From contig JBDRTG010000043.1 in NCBI GenBank assembly GCA_043824255.1, forward strand, positions 68,472-132,471: a stretch of DNA of 64,000 nucleotides. Reading direction: 5' to 3'. The DNA comes from a bacterium. GTDB taxonomy: Bacteria; JAHJDO01. Under the pieces are notes generated by a model. That model worked only from the letters and a program-made list of their open reading frames with translations, did no database searches and was not told the DNA's origin. Below, piece after piece: positions 51,114 through 62,700 of this stretch (position 1 is its first letter; each line of letters begins with the position of its first letter). Position numbers and translations under genes: made by a program.

Positions 51114-54100
51114 ATGAAAGCGATTAATGTAGTTTTTGGTATTCTAATAACACTATTTTTGATAAATGTCTCACAAGCAGAGACAAAAGGTGTCCTTATC
51201 TCGGAAGTAGAATCCAAGCAAATAGCAGGAGAAATCCGCCACATTGTGGCGAATGGCGGGTTTGAAGAGAAGCAGAGGGGTTGGGTTAGCAAGGTGTCTG
51301 GTGGTGCGTGGGAGATTGATAACAAAGAGTTCTATTCAGGCAAAAAGAGCCTGCGGATTCGGTGTCCGTCTGTGCTGAGTGCCTATAGTTATCAAGCACT
51401 TCTACATCGTCTTCAGCCGAATAAGAAGTATCGTGCTGTTATGGCCATTAAAGCAGTAGTAGAGAAAGGGACAGTCGGGATGATGGTCGTGGACCGTTCC
51501 GAGACTTCCCATAAAAATATGACTCCCAATGACACTGCCTATATGCCTATCAAAAAGACCACCAGTGGTTGGGTAATAATTGAAACAGATGTAATGACGG
51601 ATGACGATGTATCGGATGCTTATATTGCTTGCCTGGTGAGTGACTTTAAAGGGAAAGTCTGGTTTGATGACGTCAATATTCTGCCGGTGATTGGACCCCA
51701 AATGCTCTCAGCTCCTTCACTGACCGAGAAAGTTTTAGCTGATCAGGATTTTTCCCTTAAATTAAAACTTACTAATCCCTATGATATTCCATTGAATAAA
51801 ATTCGAGTTAACATCGGCTCCCTGTTACCAAATTTATCCTATCAGACAAATTTACCTAAGATTCTCGACGGCCTGAAGCCTGGGGAGACTAAAGAGATGG
51901 AATTTAGTCTCCGGTTCTCGGATGACCTCTTCCAAGACAATGTTCTGTTGGACCTATTTCTTGACTATTCCTATCAAGGGAAGGTGTATCGAGAACATAA
52001 TGAGCGAATTATGAACATCATGCCAGGTTATTTAGATAGAGTACTGAAGCAGGAAAAATGGGGAAATGTGAAGGGGCTATCGCCCAGTGCTGGGACAAAG
52101 CCATTCTCCATTATAGGATTACTCCTTGATGGGAAAAGAGGTAAAGAATTTAGTCCGCTGGGGAAAGCATCTACCATGAGAGGTCCGTATAAGTCAGCCA
52201 AAGTCATCATGCAATTAGTAAATCATGCTGAGCAACCGGTAAAGGGAGTGCTGGAGACCACTATCTTGGATTTTTTCTTCCGGGAAAAGACGGAAAAGAA
52301 AGAAATTTACCTGGAACCTAAATCAATTACTATTGAGTATGTGGAATTAACGCCAATAAAGTTTGCTAACCAGATGGCTTCCATCGGAGGGTCATGGTTT
52401 TGGGTGACGGCCAACTTAAAAGAGGGAAAGAAATCTTTTGCCTCGCAGAAGGCGAAACTTGAGTTTGCTATTCCCGAAGAACCTGTTGCAATGTTGCCGC
52501 CTCTGCCGGAAATTTTTGAAGAGGTGCCAGGATTTGGGAAATTAAAACTGATTGACGAAGTCCGTTGCTTGGATCCCAAAGACCCCCATCTCTATATGGA
52601 AGGTGCACAAAGTCTCAGCGGATTTTATACCGCTATGTGGTTAGGCTGGCAAAAAACCTATCGAACCTCGATAGAGGACTTTACCAGCATTGAGACCATT
52701 TTGGGTAAACCCTGTCGGATAGCACCGGACTGGGGATGGGTTGCCTATAAGATCGGGCGGGGCAAATTGACGCCAGGAAAGGCTTACCTGATAGCGATGG
52801 AATATCCCGAAGATACTTCTCGCACCATTCACATCGCTAACGGCGCTTCGCGTGACCAGTTTGGGTTTCATACGGGATCTTCTTTAGGCTCCTACTGGAC
52901 GCGACATCGTTTCGTCGAGCGACTAGACTATCCATTGCGAAATCGCTACTGCTGGTGGTACAATTTGATGCACTTGCGAGGATCTGTCTGGGGATTGAAA
53001 GGTTACAACTCGGCGATAGGAAAAGATGGATTCTGGTTTTTTATAGCCAGTATCGGTAACTATCAGGAGCCGTTTAGTTCAGGAGCCGCCGTCCGCACAC
53101 TGAAACTTTATGAAGTGAATGATTTATCAAACTACTATGTTCAGGTTCCTGAATTGCCGAAAGGAGTCCCGCACCGGGAGATTGGTAGCTCTGTGGAAGT
53201 CGCTTCCGAAAGCGATATGCCTACTCCTGGTGAGATTATGGATCGCATGCGGATACTGGGGCATAGTTACTTTTCACCCAATGTACTGAGGTGGGGCACC
53301 AGCCCATTGTGGCCCAGCCGGGTTTATCAACGACCTCGGGGTAGAAATCTATATGAGGAAGTTCTTCGTGATGCCCTTAAATCAGGCGTGAAGATAATTC
53401 CACGCCTGGAATATGCTGGAAGCCTCCAACTGCCAAAGGAAGCACTGCTTATGGGTGAAGATGGGAAACTGGGACCTGTACCTTATTCTGGTAAACGAAA
53501 GAAAGCATGTAATATCGTCCATCCAGCCACTTTTGAGGATATCAGTAAGGTTATTGATGAATTGATTGGCGACTACTATCAGAAATTCCCCAACTTAGCT
53601 GGTCTTGAACTTCGTCAGCGCAGCGGTGCTATGTCAGTAAGTTTTGACGAGTATACCATTGACCTGTTTTCCAAAGAAACCGGGAAGTTGGTACCAGCCG
53701 GTCCCACGGCTCAACGCTCAACATGGATCCGTAACAACGCTTTTCAAGACTACTATCGTTGGTGGTATGGAAAGCGGCGAGAATTCTACCATAAGATTTT
53801 GAAGAAATTACAAGGATATCGAGCAGATATGAAGCTCTATGTAAATAACTGGCACTCCGATTATCATCCTTTCCAGGAACGGTTACGATATCTTCGTCTA
53901 CCGAAGGAGGATGAAGTGATCAACCCGGGTACTGGCGAGGTGGTAGTGCTGAAAAATTGGTTGGAAGAGATTGACCCTAACCGAAAAACTCATCCATTAA
54001 AGATAAACGAGATTCAACTGGTACATAAGCACAAAATTGTAAATTTATCGGAGATGAGTTTGATTGATCTAATCAGTGATCCACTGCGAACAAGTGACCG

Positions 54101-54734
54101 GTGTGGGTGTTACCCTCCCCTTTATCGTAATGATAAGGGGATCGTTTATTTGGCCCCCGTACACTGGAAGTATATGGCCAACAATAAGGAATATCTGGAA
54201 TACTTTCGTACTGGCGAAGGGATCTCCATCTATAATACCTTTCCCTATAATGAGATTGCATCATATGAATGTCCGAACAGGCTTTTTGCAGTGAGTGTCG
54301 AGCACGGCGGACCGTATTGTATGATGGAAGAGGTCTTGGCCTATGCCAATGCTGATATTATGAATATTTCTGAGGTGAGTTGGTCGCTTACCCAGCGGGG
54401 ATTTCTTGAATATGCTCAAAGCTTTGCCAAGGCATTCCGGTCGTTACCAGCGATTCAGGGAGAAGTATTGGCTAAGGCAGTAAAACCAGATGATAAAGAA
54501 GTCGTAGCGCGACGTTATCTCACAAAGTGGGGTGATTATTTTGGAATAGTCAACAAGGGTTTTGATTTAGCAGGCAAAGATGTGGAGCTTGTTCTACCCG
54601 TTTCCTCGGACAAAATTAAGGAGGTGAAAGACTTAGTCACTGGTAAAGCCTTGGCTTTTGAGAAGGGTCCTGGCACGGTACAGATAAAAGTACATCTTGG
54701 ACCAGTAGAGTTAAGGAGTTATCTAGCAAAGTAA
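51114..54734 (+). CDS. Large secreted protein with CBM4/9-like module and putative glycoside hydrolase barrel
   Basis: ATG 51114 after AAGGAGG; signal peptide; ANGGFE...VWFDDV; aromatic-rich C-terminal domain. Confidence 0.7.
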   Translation: MKAINVVFGILITLFLINVSQAETKGVLISEVESKQIAGEIRHIVANGGFEEKQRGWVSKVSGGAWEIDNKEFYSGKKSLRIRCPSVLSAYSYQALLHRLQPNKKYRAVMAIKAVVEKGTVGMMVVDRSETSHKNMTPNDTAYMPIKKTTSGWVIIETDVMTDDDVSDAYIACLVSDFKGKVWFDDVNILPVIGPQMLSAPSLTEKVLADQDFSLKLKLTNPYDIPLNKIRVNIGSLLPNLSYQTNLPKILDGLKPGETKEMEFSLRFSDDLFQDNVLLDLFLDYSYQGKVYREHNERIMNIMPGYLDRVLKQEKWGNVKGLSPSAGTKPFSIIGLLLDGKRGKEFSPLGKASTMRGPYKSAKVIMQLVNHAEQPVKGVLETTILDFFFREKTEKKEIYLEPKSITIEYVELTPIKFANQMASIGGSWFWVTANLKEGKKSFASQKAKLEFAIPEEPVAMLPPLPEIFEEVPGFGKLKLIDEVRCLDPKDPHLYMEGAQSLSGFYTAMWLGWQKTYRTSIEDFTSIETILGKPCRIAPDWGWVAYKIGRGKLTPGKAYLIAMEYPEDTSRTIHIANGASRDQFGFHTGSSLGSYWTRHRFVERLDYPLRNRYCWWYNLMHLRGSVWGLKGYNSAIGKDGFWFFIASIGNYQEPFSSGAAVRTLKLYEVNDLSNYYVQVPELPKGVPHREIGSSVEVASESDMPTPGEIMDRMRILGHSYFSPNVLRWGTSPLWPSRVYQRPRGRNLYEEVLRDALKSGVKIIPRLEYAGSLQLPKEALLMGEDGKLGPVPYSGKRKKACNIVHPATFEDISKVIDELIGDYYQKFPNLAGLELRQRSGAMSVSFDEYTIDLFSKETGKLVPAGPTAQRSTWIRNNAFQDYYRWWYGKRREFYHKILKKLQGYRADMKLYVNNWHSDYHPFQERLRYLRLPKEDEVINPGTGEVVVLKNWLEEIDPNRKTHPLKINEIQLVHKHKIVNLSEMSLIDLISDPLRTSDRCGCYPPLYRNDKGIVYLAPVHWKYMANNKEYLEYFRTGEGISIYNTFPYNEIASYECPNRLFAVSVEHGGPYCMMEEVLAYANADIMNISEVSWSLTQRGFLEYAQSFAKAFRSLPAIQGEVLAKAVKPDDKEVVARRYLTKWGDYFGIVNKGFDLAGKDVELVLPVSSDKIKEVKDLVTGKALAFEKGPGTVQIKVHLGPVELRSYLAK

Positions 54735-54885
54735 AAAATCTGATGCAATGCCAGAGTAGGATTAATTACAGGCTATCTTTCAGAAGAGTGGATGGATAAG
54801 GATAAGGCGGATGATACCTGGGATGAGGCAGATGAAATCTGGAGACCGTGGAAATAGAGGAATATAAATAAAAAAGGAGGAGAAG

Positions 54886-55572
54886 ATGAAAGGATTGATT
54901 AAAAGAAGCGGATTGTTATTCGGGATAGGGGTAATTATTTTTCTGACTGCAAGTTATGCTTTTACCGGAGAGAACCTGGTAGCGAATGGAGGCTTTGAGA
55001 AAGAGCTTGAGAATTGGTACCCTGCCAGTCCAGAAGGTTCGGATCTAACATCTACCATCTCTTCCGATGCCCATGCCGGAGAGAAATGTTTGAAGATGTC
55101 CCAGACCACAGGTACCTGGGCCTATACCTGTCAAAGAGATAGATTTGCTATAGATAAGTCCAAAGTATATCGCTTAGAATTCTGGGCCAAGAATGTTGAT
55201 TGTTTAAATGCCTCTGTTTGCCTGGTAGGGTATGATGAAAAAGGCAAGTTTCTGAATTGGGCGGGAAAACCCGGTAGTACGGTCTCTATACCCATAAAGA
55301 ATACCTGGGTCAAATATAGTCGAGACTTTTGTGGGGAAGATTTTAAACCCGAGACCGGACTCGGTAGTATACAACTAATGATTCTTAAACCAGGCACGGT
55401 CTATTTTGATGATATATATTTTTCAACTGGTCCTCCTGAGGAAACAACGTTAGTTAGTAAAAAAGAAACCGCAAGAATCAGCCGTTCCCAAAAAGAACAA
55501 AAAAAAGAGCCTAAGAATAGAAAAGGGGAATGTGCCTATTACAAAATTTGTCGGGTCATTCAGAGTAGTTGA
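54886..55572 (+). CDS. Secreted single-CBM protein, probably truncated
   Basis: AAGGAGG RBS, signal peptide, NLVANGGFE...VYFDDI, then a low-complexity tail. Confidence 0.65.
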   Translation: MKGLIKRSGLLFGIGVIIFLTASYAFTGENLVANGGFEKELENWYPASPEGSDLTSTISSDAHAGEKCLKMSQTTGTWAYTCQRDRFAIDKSKVYRLEFWAKNVDCLNASVCLVGYDEKGKFLNWAGKPGSTVSIPIKNTWVKYSRDFCGEDFKPETGLGSIQLMILKPGTVYFDDIYFSTGPPEETTLVSKKETARISRSQKEQKKEPKNRKGECAYYKICRVIQSS

Positions 55573-55626
55573 CGCTGCACTAGCCTGAATAGATGGGGTA
55601 AGCAGTGGAAATAAAAAAGGAGGTAA

Positions 55627-58600
55627 ATGATGTCTATTTTACAAAAGATTAGAGGGATAAAGTTTAAAAAGTGTCTAAGCTGCATGATTTTAATCTGGAT
55701 ATTTTCTTTAGTAGTATTTCCAAATGTTTATTCTCAGGAGAAGACCAAGAATAAAAGCTGGATAATTAATTCTGGTTTTGAAGACGGAGCTGATGACTGG
55801 ACATTGAAAGAAGCAGAGGTTATCAGTGATGAACCATTTTCAGGAAAAAACTGCGTAATTATCAGAGGAGGAGGTTATAATTATGCGCTTCAGGATATTG
55901 ATGTCATTCCTGGAAAAACTTATTATTTCAGCTGTTTTGTGAGAACTTCTAGTAATAAAGATATAAAGTGGGAAGCAGTAGTGCAAGAGGGCAAGAAGTG
56001 GCTTACACATGCATTTGGGAAGAAACAGCTTGAAAAATGGACTAAAACAAATACACTTACCTTTATTCCCGAGGGAAATCAGATCCGTGTAGCGCTATGG
56101 AATTATAATGGAGAGGGCGATGTCTATTATGATGATATATATCTTTCCCTTGAGCCTCCTGAGGGAATCCCAGAATATCAAAAAAAGAGTCCTGCCCAGT
56201 CCAAAAAGAGTAAAGCGGAAGTTTATTCTGGTAATTTTCTTAAAAATCCTTCTTTTGAAAAGGAAGACTTTCAAAAACAAAATGTTGCTATCTATTGGCC
56301 GTCGTATGCTGGCGGTTACACAAGAAGCAGTAAAAATAGTTTTTCTGGCAAGTGGGCATGCCAGATTAGTTCAACCGGCAAGGATAAGCGGCCTTTCGGT
56401 TGTCAAATAACCGCTAGCTCTTACGGTCTTCCGTCTCACGGAACCTTTACTGTTTCGAGTAGTATTTATATAGAGTCCTATGAAGCAGGACAAATTTTCA
56501 ACGCATATGTAACAGTTATATATACTGACGGGACCCAGAAAATATTTAAAAGTTTATTAACTCACAAACAGATAGAAATGTGTCTTAAAAAATGGGAAAG
56601 CTATTCTTTTAATTTTACAACAAATCCAGATAAAAAAATTAAAGTTATTGTTCCCTGGTGTCTAGTAACGAGTTACAACAGCAGAAATTTTGAAGGGACA
56701 GTTTATTTTGATGACATCATGCTTTGCCAAGTGTCTCCATATATCGCGATTCCCAAGACCAAGACCCCTCCTGTTCTTGATGGTAAATTGAATGATGAAG
56801 CTTGGAAACATGCGGCTCTTATATCAGGATTTACAACTATAATGGAACCGAGACCGCCAGTCAACCCGACTAAAGTATATATGCTTTATGATGATAATTA
56901 TATTTATTTCGGCAGCGTCTGTTATGAAAAGATTCTGAATCCAGCACTGCAAAAAAGACATTTATTTAAGGCTGATATCAAAGAACATGATAGTAATGTT
57001 TTCAGTGATGACAGCATTGAAATATTTATTTCTCCAAATGGTAATCAAGATTCATATTATCAATTTGCTTACAATTCAAACGGGGTGTACTATGATGCGT
57101 TTAAGATGGATAAAAGCTGGAATACTAATGTAAAAGTTGTGGCTGCAGTTGGTGATAAGGCATGGTATGCGGAAGTAAGGATTCCTATTTCATCGGTAAA
57201 GCTTGAGAAACCTTTTTTCAAATTTAATGTTTGTCGTAATGAAAAGCCTTATAGAGAACAGAGCAGTTGGTCTCCCGTTCAGAACAATTTTCATGATGTT
57301 TCTTTTTGGGGAACGGGAAGTTTATACGCAGGAAAAGTTCCACAAATATACACCGATAATTTGCAGGAGACCATGTCTGGTAATAGCGAGTATCTCAAAA
57401 TAAATATAAGCAATTCTAACGATTCTTCCATTAAATCTTTAGTGTCAATGAATATAAAGGAGGCAAAAAAACAGGGGGGGGAAAGTCGTGTTGTGCAAGA
57501 TAAATGTGTGATTGCGGAAAATGCCGCCACAACGATACAATTAAAGGCAAAGCCTGAGAAACCTGGGGATTATGATATTTCCTATTCGTTGATGGATCGT
57601 AATTCCGGTCAACTCTTATATCGCAGCCCTGGATATTTGGCTGTTTACAAGGAGTCCATTCGTGCAAACCTGGTAAGTGATTTTGAGGGCGAAACTGAAA
57701 TATGGTTGAATCATGCCAAGGTAAATGGCGAAAATTTCAATCTGTCTTATGGAATAAATATTCTGGATCTGAAGTTTAAAAGACCAGAAAATTCCCAATG
57801 TGGCGTCAAAGGTAATATCGAGATATTTAAAACTGCAAACATTCCGGCTCAATCATTGCCAATTGACGATTGCTGGCGGGCCATTTCCAACAAAGAAGAA
57901 TCCATTTCAGATTCCACTGGAAATTTCCCGGTACTTTTGCCGGACGGATCAATATGGAGTTCCTCAGCCAAGAGCAGCCAATTAACGCTCAGGCGCATTA
58001 TCATAGTGGATAATGAAAAGTTTTCTCCTATTCCCGTGGATGAGGGCTTGCATATTGCGAAAGGTACGTCTCAACACCTTACCATGATTGTAAAAAGCCC
58101 CATTAACAAAACGCTGAAAAATATTACTCTTACCATTAAAACTCCGCCTGAAATCAAGTTAATTAAAGGAGGCGCAGACAACATCAATCTAAACATGGGA
58201 AAGTTAAATTCCGTATCGGTTGAAACAAAGAATGAAAACGGGAAAACATTTAGTTATCATAAATTTCAATTCAATTCCATAAATCCGCTTCTGGATGAAC
58301 GCTTAAAGTATGCCTATTTGCTTCCTCTGGTATTTCAACTTTCAGAAAACACCGCCGGAAATAGTTCGAATGTGTTTTATCGGATTTCAGGCGAATCACA
58401 AAGTAGAGATATAATAGAATTATGGAATCGTCTGCCAGTTGTTTGCCTGGCTCAACCTTCTTCCAAGAGTCCGAAAAAATTGGAAACACAGATTTATCAT
58501 ACTTGGACAGGGAACTATAACAATGAGCAAATTGATGCGCTTCTCACGACATGGCGCCAAGTGGGGTTTAACACATACGGCAATCAAACAGCCATACATT

Positions 58601-59685
58601 CCTTCGTCGGCGGAAAACGTGATATATGGTTGGACCGGGCCTTGAATCAAGGCTATCACGTCGCTGTTGATAGCGGAGGAGACAAACTGTTTAAAAAGAT
58701 GCTTCCCACAGGAATAAAATCAATAAATTTCTCGGGAAAGACGATAATCAATCCTTCATTAAGTCCATTATATTTGCGCGGGAAAGGAAGAACCGCGGCT
58801 GTGAATTGCGTTGCGGAATTCTTCAAATGGACGCGAGCCACTCATCTTATGTGGGATCTTGAATTTACTCCTACGATACATTGTGACACAAGTCCATCAG
58901 CGCTTATAGAATTCGCGAAATATGCTGATTTATCAGAAGTTCCGAAGAAAGAAGAGGTTCTTAGTAAATATAAAGATAAATGGATTGATTATCAATGTTG
59001 GGTCTGGGCTCAAGTCGGAAAGATTTTTCGAGACGGAGTAAAAAAAGCTGATCCAAACGGGAAATTAGTAATTTACAGCGGTTATCAAAGTAAAGGCGGT
59101 AAAGATCACAATGGTGTTGACTGGAATTATCATCGAGGAATTCCAGACATGGCTGCTGCCGGTTACGGTCGACCGTCAAAACATAGTATGTCTGAGACAT
59201 TAAAAGCAATAAAGGACATTCCGTTAACTGGTGGAATTCTTTATTATGACGGGTATTCCCCTCCTGAGAAATATAGAAATTTAAAATGTTCAATCCTTCG
59301 ACGAATTACAGATGGCTGCAAGGGATTTCTGATTTTTACTTGGCAGTTACTGGAGGGGCGGGCTTATCAAAAAATAGACGAAGCATGTTCGATCCTTGCT
59401 GATTTTGAGGGGTTTTTCCTTGAGAACAGTCCTTACAATGATTATGAAATAAAAGGGGATTTGTCTAAAGATGATGTAGTTATATTGAAAAATGCCAATC
59501 AATACCTTTTGTTAATATTTAATGAAAGCAATCGTGTAAAAAAAGGTGAAATCATGTTCCCTGATAATCTGGCTAAGTTGCCAATCAGAAATTATCCTGA
59601 AAATAAAGCAATTGGGAAAGCTTCAAGTCTCCCGGTCAGTGTTAAACCTTATGATGCCAGTATATTTTTACTTGGAAAAAGATGA
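55627..59685 (+). CDS. Large secreted multi-CBM putative glycoside hydrolase
   Basis: Signal peptide; two NxxFE...YxDDI modules; CBM9-like PVLDGKLND..W, DSIEIFI; C-terminal barrel with MWDLE, IYSGY, GVDW. Confidence 0.75.
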   Translation: MMSILQKIRGIKFKKCLSCMILIWIFSLVVFPNVYSQEKTKNKSWIINSGFEDGADDWTLKEAEVISDEPFSGKNCVIIRGGGYNYALQDIDVIPGKTYYFSCFVRTSSNKDIKWEAVVQEGKKWLTHAFGKKQLEKWTKTNTLTFIPEGNQIRVALWNYNGEGDVYYDDIYLSLEPPEGIPEYQKKSPAQSKKSKAEVYSGNFLKNPSFEKEDFQKQNVAIYWPSYAGGYTRSSKNSFSGKWACQISSTGKDKRPFGCQITASSYGLPSHGTFTVSSSIYIESYEAGQIFNAYVTVIYTDGTQKIFKSLLTHKQIEMCLKKWESYSFNFTTNPDKKIKVIVPWCLVTSYNSRNFEGTVYFDDIMLCQVSPYIAIPKTKTPPVLDGKLNDEAWKHAALISGFTTIMEPRPPVNPTKVYMLYDDNYIYFGSVCYEKILNPALQKRHLFKADIKEHDSNVFSDDSIEIFISPNGNQDSYYQFAYNSNGVYYDAFKMDKSWNTNVKVVAAVGDKAWYAEVRIPISSVKLEKPFFKFNVCRNEKPYREQSSWSPVQNNFHDVSFWGTGSLYAGKVPQIYTDNLQETMSGNSEYLKINISNSNDSSIKSLVSMNIKEAKKQGGESRVVQDKCVIAENAATTIQLKAKPEKPGDYDISYSLMDRNSGQLLYRSPGYLAVYKESIRANLVSDFEGETEIWLNHAKVNGENFNLSYGINILDLKFKRPENSQCGVKGNIEIFKTANIPAQSLPIDDCWRAISNKEESISDSTGNFPVLLPDGSIWSSSAKSSQLTLRRIIIVDNEKFSPIPVDEGLHIAKGTSQHLTMIVKSPINKTLKNITLTIKTPPEIKLIKGGADNINLNMGKLNSVSVETKNENGKTFSYHKFQFNSINPLLDERLKYAYLLPLVFQLSENTAGNSSNVFYRISGESQSRDIIELWNRLPVVCLAQPSSKSPKKLETQIYHTWTGNYNNEQIDALLTTWRQVGFNTYGNQTAIHSFVGGKRDIWLDRALNQGYHVAVDSGGDKLFKKMLPTGIKSINFSGKTIINPSLSPLYLRGKGRTAAVNCVAEFFKWTRATHLMWDLEFTPTIHCDTSPSALIEFAKYADLSEVPKKEEVLSKYKDKWIDYQCWVWAQVGKIFRDGVKKADPNGKLVIYSGYQSKGGKDHNGVDWNYHRGIPDMAAAGYGRPSKHSMSETLKAIKDIPLTGGILYYDGYSPPEKYRNLKCSILRRITDGCKGFLIFTWQLLEGRAYQKIDEACSILADFEGFFLENSPYNDYEIKGDLSKDDVVILKNANQYLLLIFNESNRVKKGEIMFPDNLAKLPIRNYPENKAIGKASSLPVSVKPYDASIFLLGKR

Positions 59686-59736
59686 TGATATATATCTTTT
59701 GTCCGCAAAACTTATATTGATGAAGGAGGTATAACG

Positions 59737-62700
59737 ATGTCTATTTTGCAAAAGATTAGAAGGACAAATTCTAAAAAGCACCTGAGCTGTATAATTTTAA
59801 TCTGGATATTTTCTTTAGTAGTATTATCGAATGTTTATTCCCAGAAGAAGGACAAGGGTAAAAACTGGGTAATCAACCCTGGATTTGAAGATGGAGGAAA
59901 CGGGTGGACATTAAAAGAAGCAGAGGTTATCAGCGATGAACCATTTTCAGGAAAAAACTGCGTAATTATCAGAGGAGGGGACAATAATCATGCATATCAG
60001 GATATTGATGTTGTTCCCGGGAAAACCTATTATTTCCGCTGTATGGTGAGGACCGCAAAGGGTAAGGATGTAAAGTGGTTAGCAGTAGTATCTGAATACC
60101 AACCAAAGCTTACGTGGCTTACAACTAGATCCGGGCAGAGACAACTTGTAAAATGGATTGAAACAGAGGCTGTAACCTTTATTCCCAAGACAAATAAGAT
60201 TCGTGTAGCACTATTTAATTACAAGGGAGAAGGCGATGTATATTATGATGAGATATATCTTTCCCTTGATCCTCCTGCAGAACTGGCGTCAAGTTTCTCA
60301 CTACCAAAAGGCATTTCTCAGAATTTGATCACCAACCCATCTTTTGAAAAGCCCGCACGAGTTAAAGAGAATGCTGCAGAATGGCCAGATTACTACTGGG
60401 GGTACACGAGAAGCAAGGAAAAGAGTTTCAGAACAGAATCATCAGGTCCATGGAGCTGTAAAATAACTGAACCGGGTAAAGAAGAAAAAGGACATACAGG
60501 AGGCACCACAACCGTTATTAGAACGGGGCTTCCTCATCAGGGCTCTTTTACAGCTGTGAGCAGAATCTATATTGATTCCTATACCCAGGGCAAGATATAC
60601 AGCACACGTCTTGCAATTCAATATTCTGATAAAACACGGAAGGAGCTGTCTGAATTTTTATCTGATAAACAGATAAAGGAGAACCTTCATAAGTGGAAAA
60701 CTTACACCTATTCCTTTTCAACTGATCCGGATAAGAAAATTGAATATATAGTTTTTTGCTGCTTTGTGTCTATTAAGACAGACCTCAAAAGATTTAAAGG
60801 CACTATATATTTTGATGAGCTTGAACTCTATGAAACTGTTCCACAGGTTTGCATATCCAAAACGAATTCAGCACCGCATATCGATGGAAAGCTAAATGAT
60901 GCATGCTGGGATAAGGCATCAGCTCTTTCAGAATTTTCCCTTACCCACAATGCAGGTTTGGCTGTTAATAAAACAAAGGCATACCTGCTTTATGACGAAA
61001 ACAATCTTTATATAGCAACCCAATGTTATGAAAAAGCTTTAGATCCGATTTTTCAACAGACACATTTGTTCAGGACAGAAGTCAAAGATCGTGACGGCAG
61101 TCTATGGAATGATGACTGTATAGAAATTTTTATTGATCCAAAGGGTAATGGAGCATATTACCACTTTATTTTCAATGCTCTTGGCACTCGCTATGACGCA
61201 TTTCGTTCAGACAAGTCATGGAACGGCAACTGGAAAGTGGCAACATCTGTTGAAACACGCAGTTGGAAAGCTGAGGTATCTGTCCCTCTTTCGGAACTTG
61301 GTATTAAGATAGGAAATAATACCCGGTTTCGTTTTAATATATGCCGAGAAGAAAAACCCCTGAAGGAAAACAGCGCCTGGTCTCCAATGAGACATGATTT
61401 TCATGAATTTGCAAGGTTCGGGAACGCAGTTCTTTATGATGGATATGCTCCTCAGATTCAGGCTAAGAACCTAGAAGAATGTCTGACAGAGGATATTAAA
61501 AATATTACCTTTGATATAAATAACAAGCATAAAACTGAGGCAAGTCTTACGTTTCGGCTGGATTCAGCTCAGGCTATACAGGGCGGAGAACTTTTTACAT
61601 CCATAGAGAAATGTTCTATTCCAGAGGGATCTAAAAAAATAGTTGAAGTTCCATTGCTATTCAAAAAAACAGGCGCTTACTATGTATCCTATTCCATTTT
61701 TGATACAGGAACTGAAAAGCTTTTATATCAGAGTCCAAAGTATTTTACAGTAAAGGAAGAGCCTATTCGTGCCAGCTTTGAGACAGATTTTTCTGGCAAT
61801 GTCCAGCTTTGGGTCAACAACAAACCTGTAACCGATACGAATTTCAGATTTCAGCCCGGGATAAATGTGATTGCCCTTAAATGCAGAAAAGAAGAAGGAT
61901 CTACAAAAGGTGTTCTCGGAAAGATAAATATTCACGCAAACAAAAATCTGCCTGCCCAAACAATTCAATTAGATAATTGCTGGAAGGTCTGTTCTGCAAA
62001 AGAACTGAATTGGACTGCCCAAAATTTTGATGACAGTAAATGTTCTTTCGCAACTACTCTTGCTGATGGTTCTATCTGGGGAAAAGATTCAAATACACAG
62101 GAGCTTTGTCTGCGACGATTGATTGTAGTGGGGATGAGCGAATTTGCTATAGTTGATGTTAGCGAGGGACTGCATATTGCCAAGGGAAGCGCACAGCACG
62201 CATTCCTTATTGTCAGAAGCCCGATGAAATATCCATTGAAAAGGCAGTCTGTTGTTATTCAGACCCCTTCTGAAATACAGCTTGAAGGTATTATTGGAGA
62301 AAAGAAAACGGTTCATCAGTCTATTGGAAAGCTTACCAATGTTACAGTTAACTCAGTAGATATGAATGGGGAAAAATTTACCTCATACAGATTCCTTTTT
62401 GAAAATGTACAGCCATTTGAGGAATACAGACGCTCCACTCATCTTTTAACATTGGCATTTAAACTCAGTCGTGAAACCTCAGCAAAAAAGGTTAATCTGT
62501 TATACCGAATGTCAGGAGAAGAAGAGAACCGGAATATTACAGAACTGTGGAATTATTTACCCGTTATATGTTTGCCGGCCCTGACAAATAAGCGCCCTAA
62601 AAAACTTAAGACAGAGATTTATCATACATGGACATGCCAATTCAATGATACTGAAATCAAAGCAATGCTTGATACCTTTCGGCAGGCGGGATTTAATGCT

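Noticed and set aside
48048..60280. Diversity-generating retroelement TR/VR pair
   Set aside because: No reverse transcriptase in the window, the differences are not adenine-specific, and the repeats are N-terminal coding modules.
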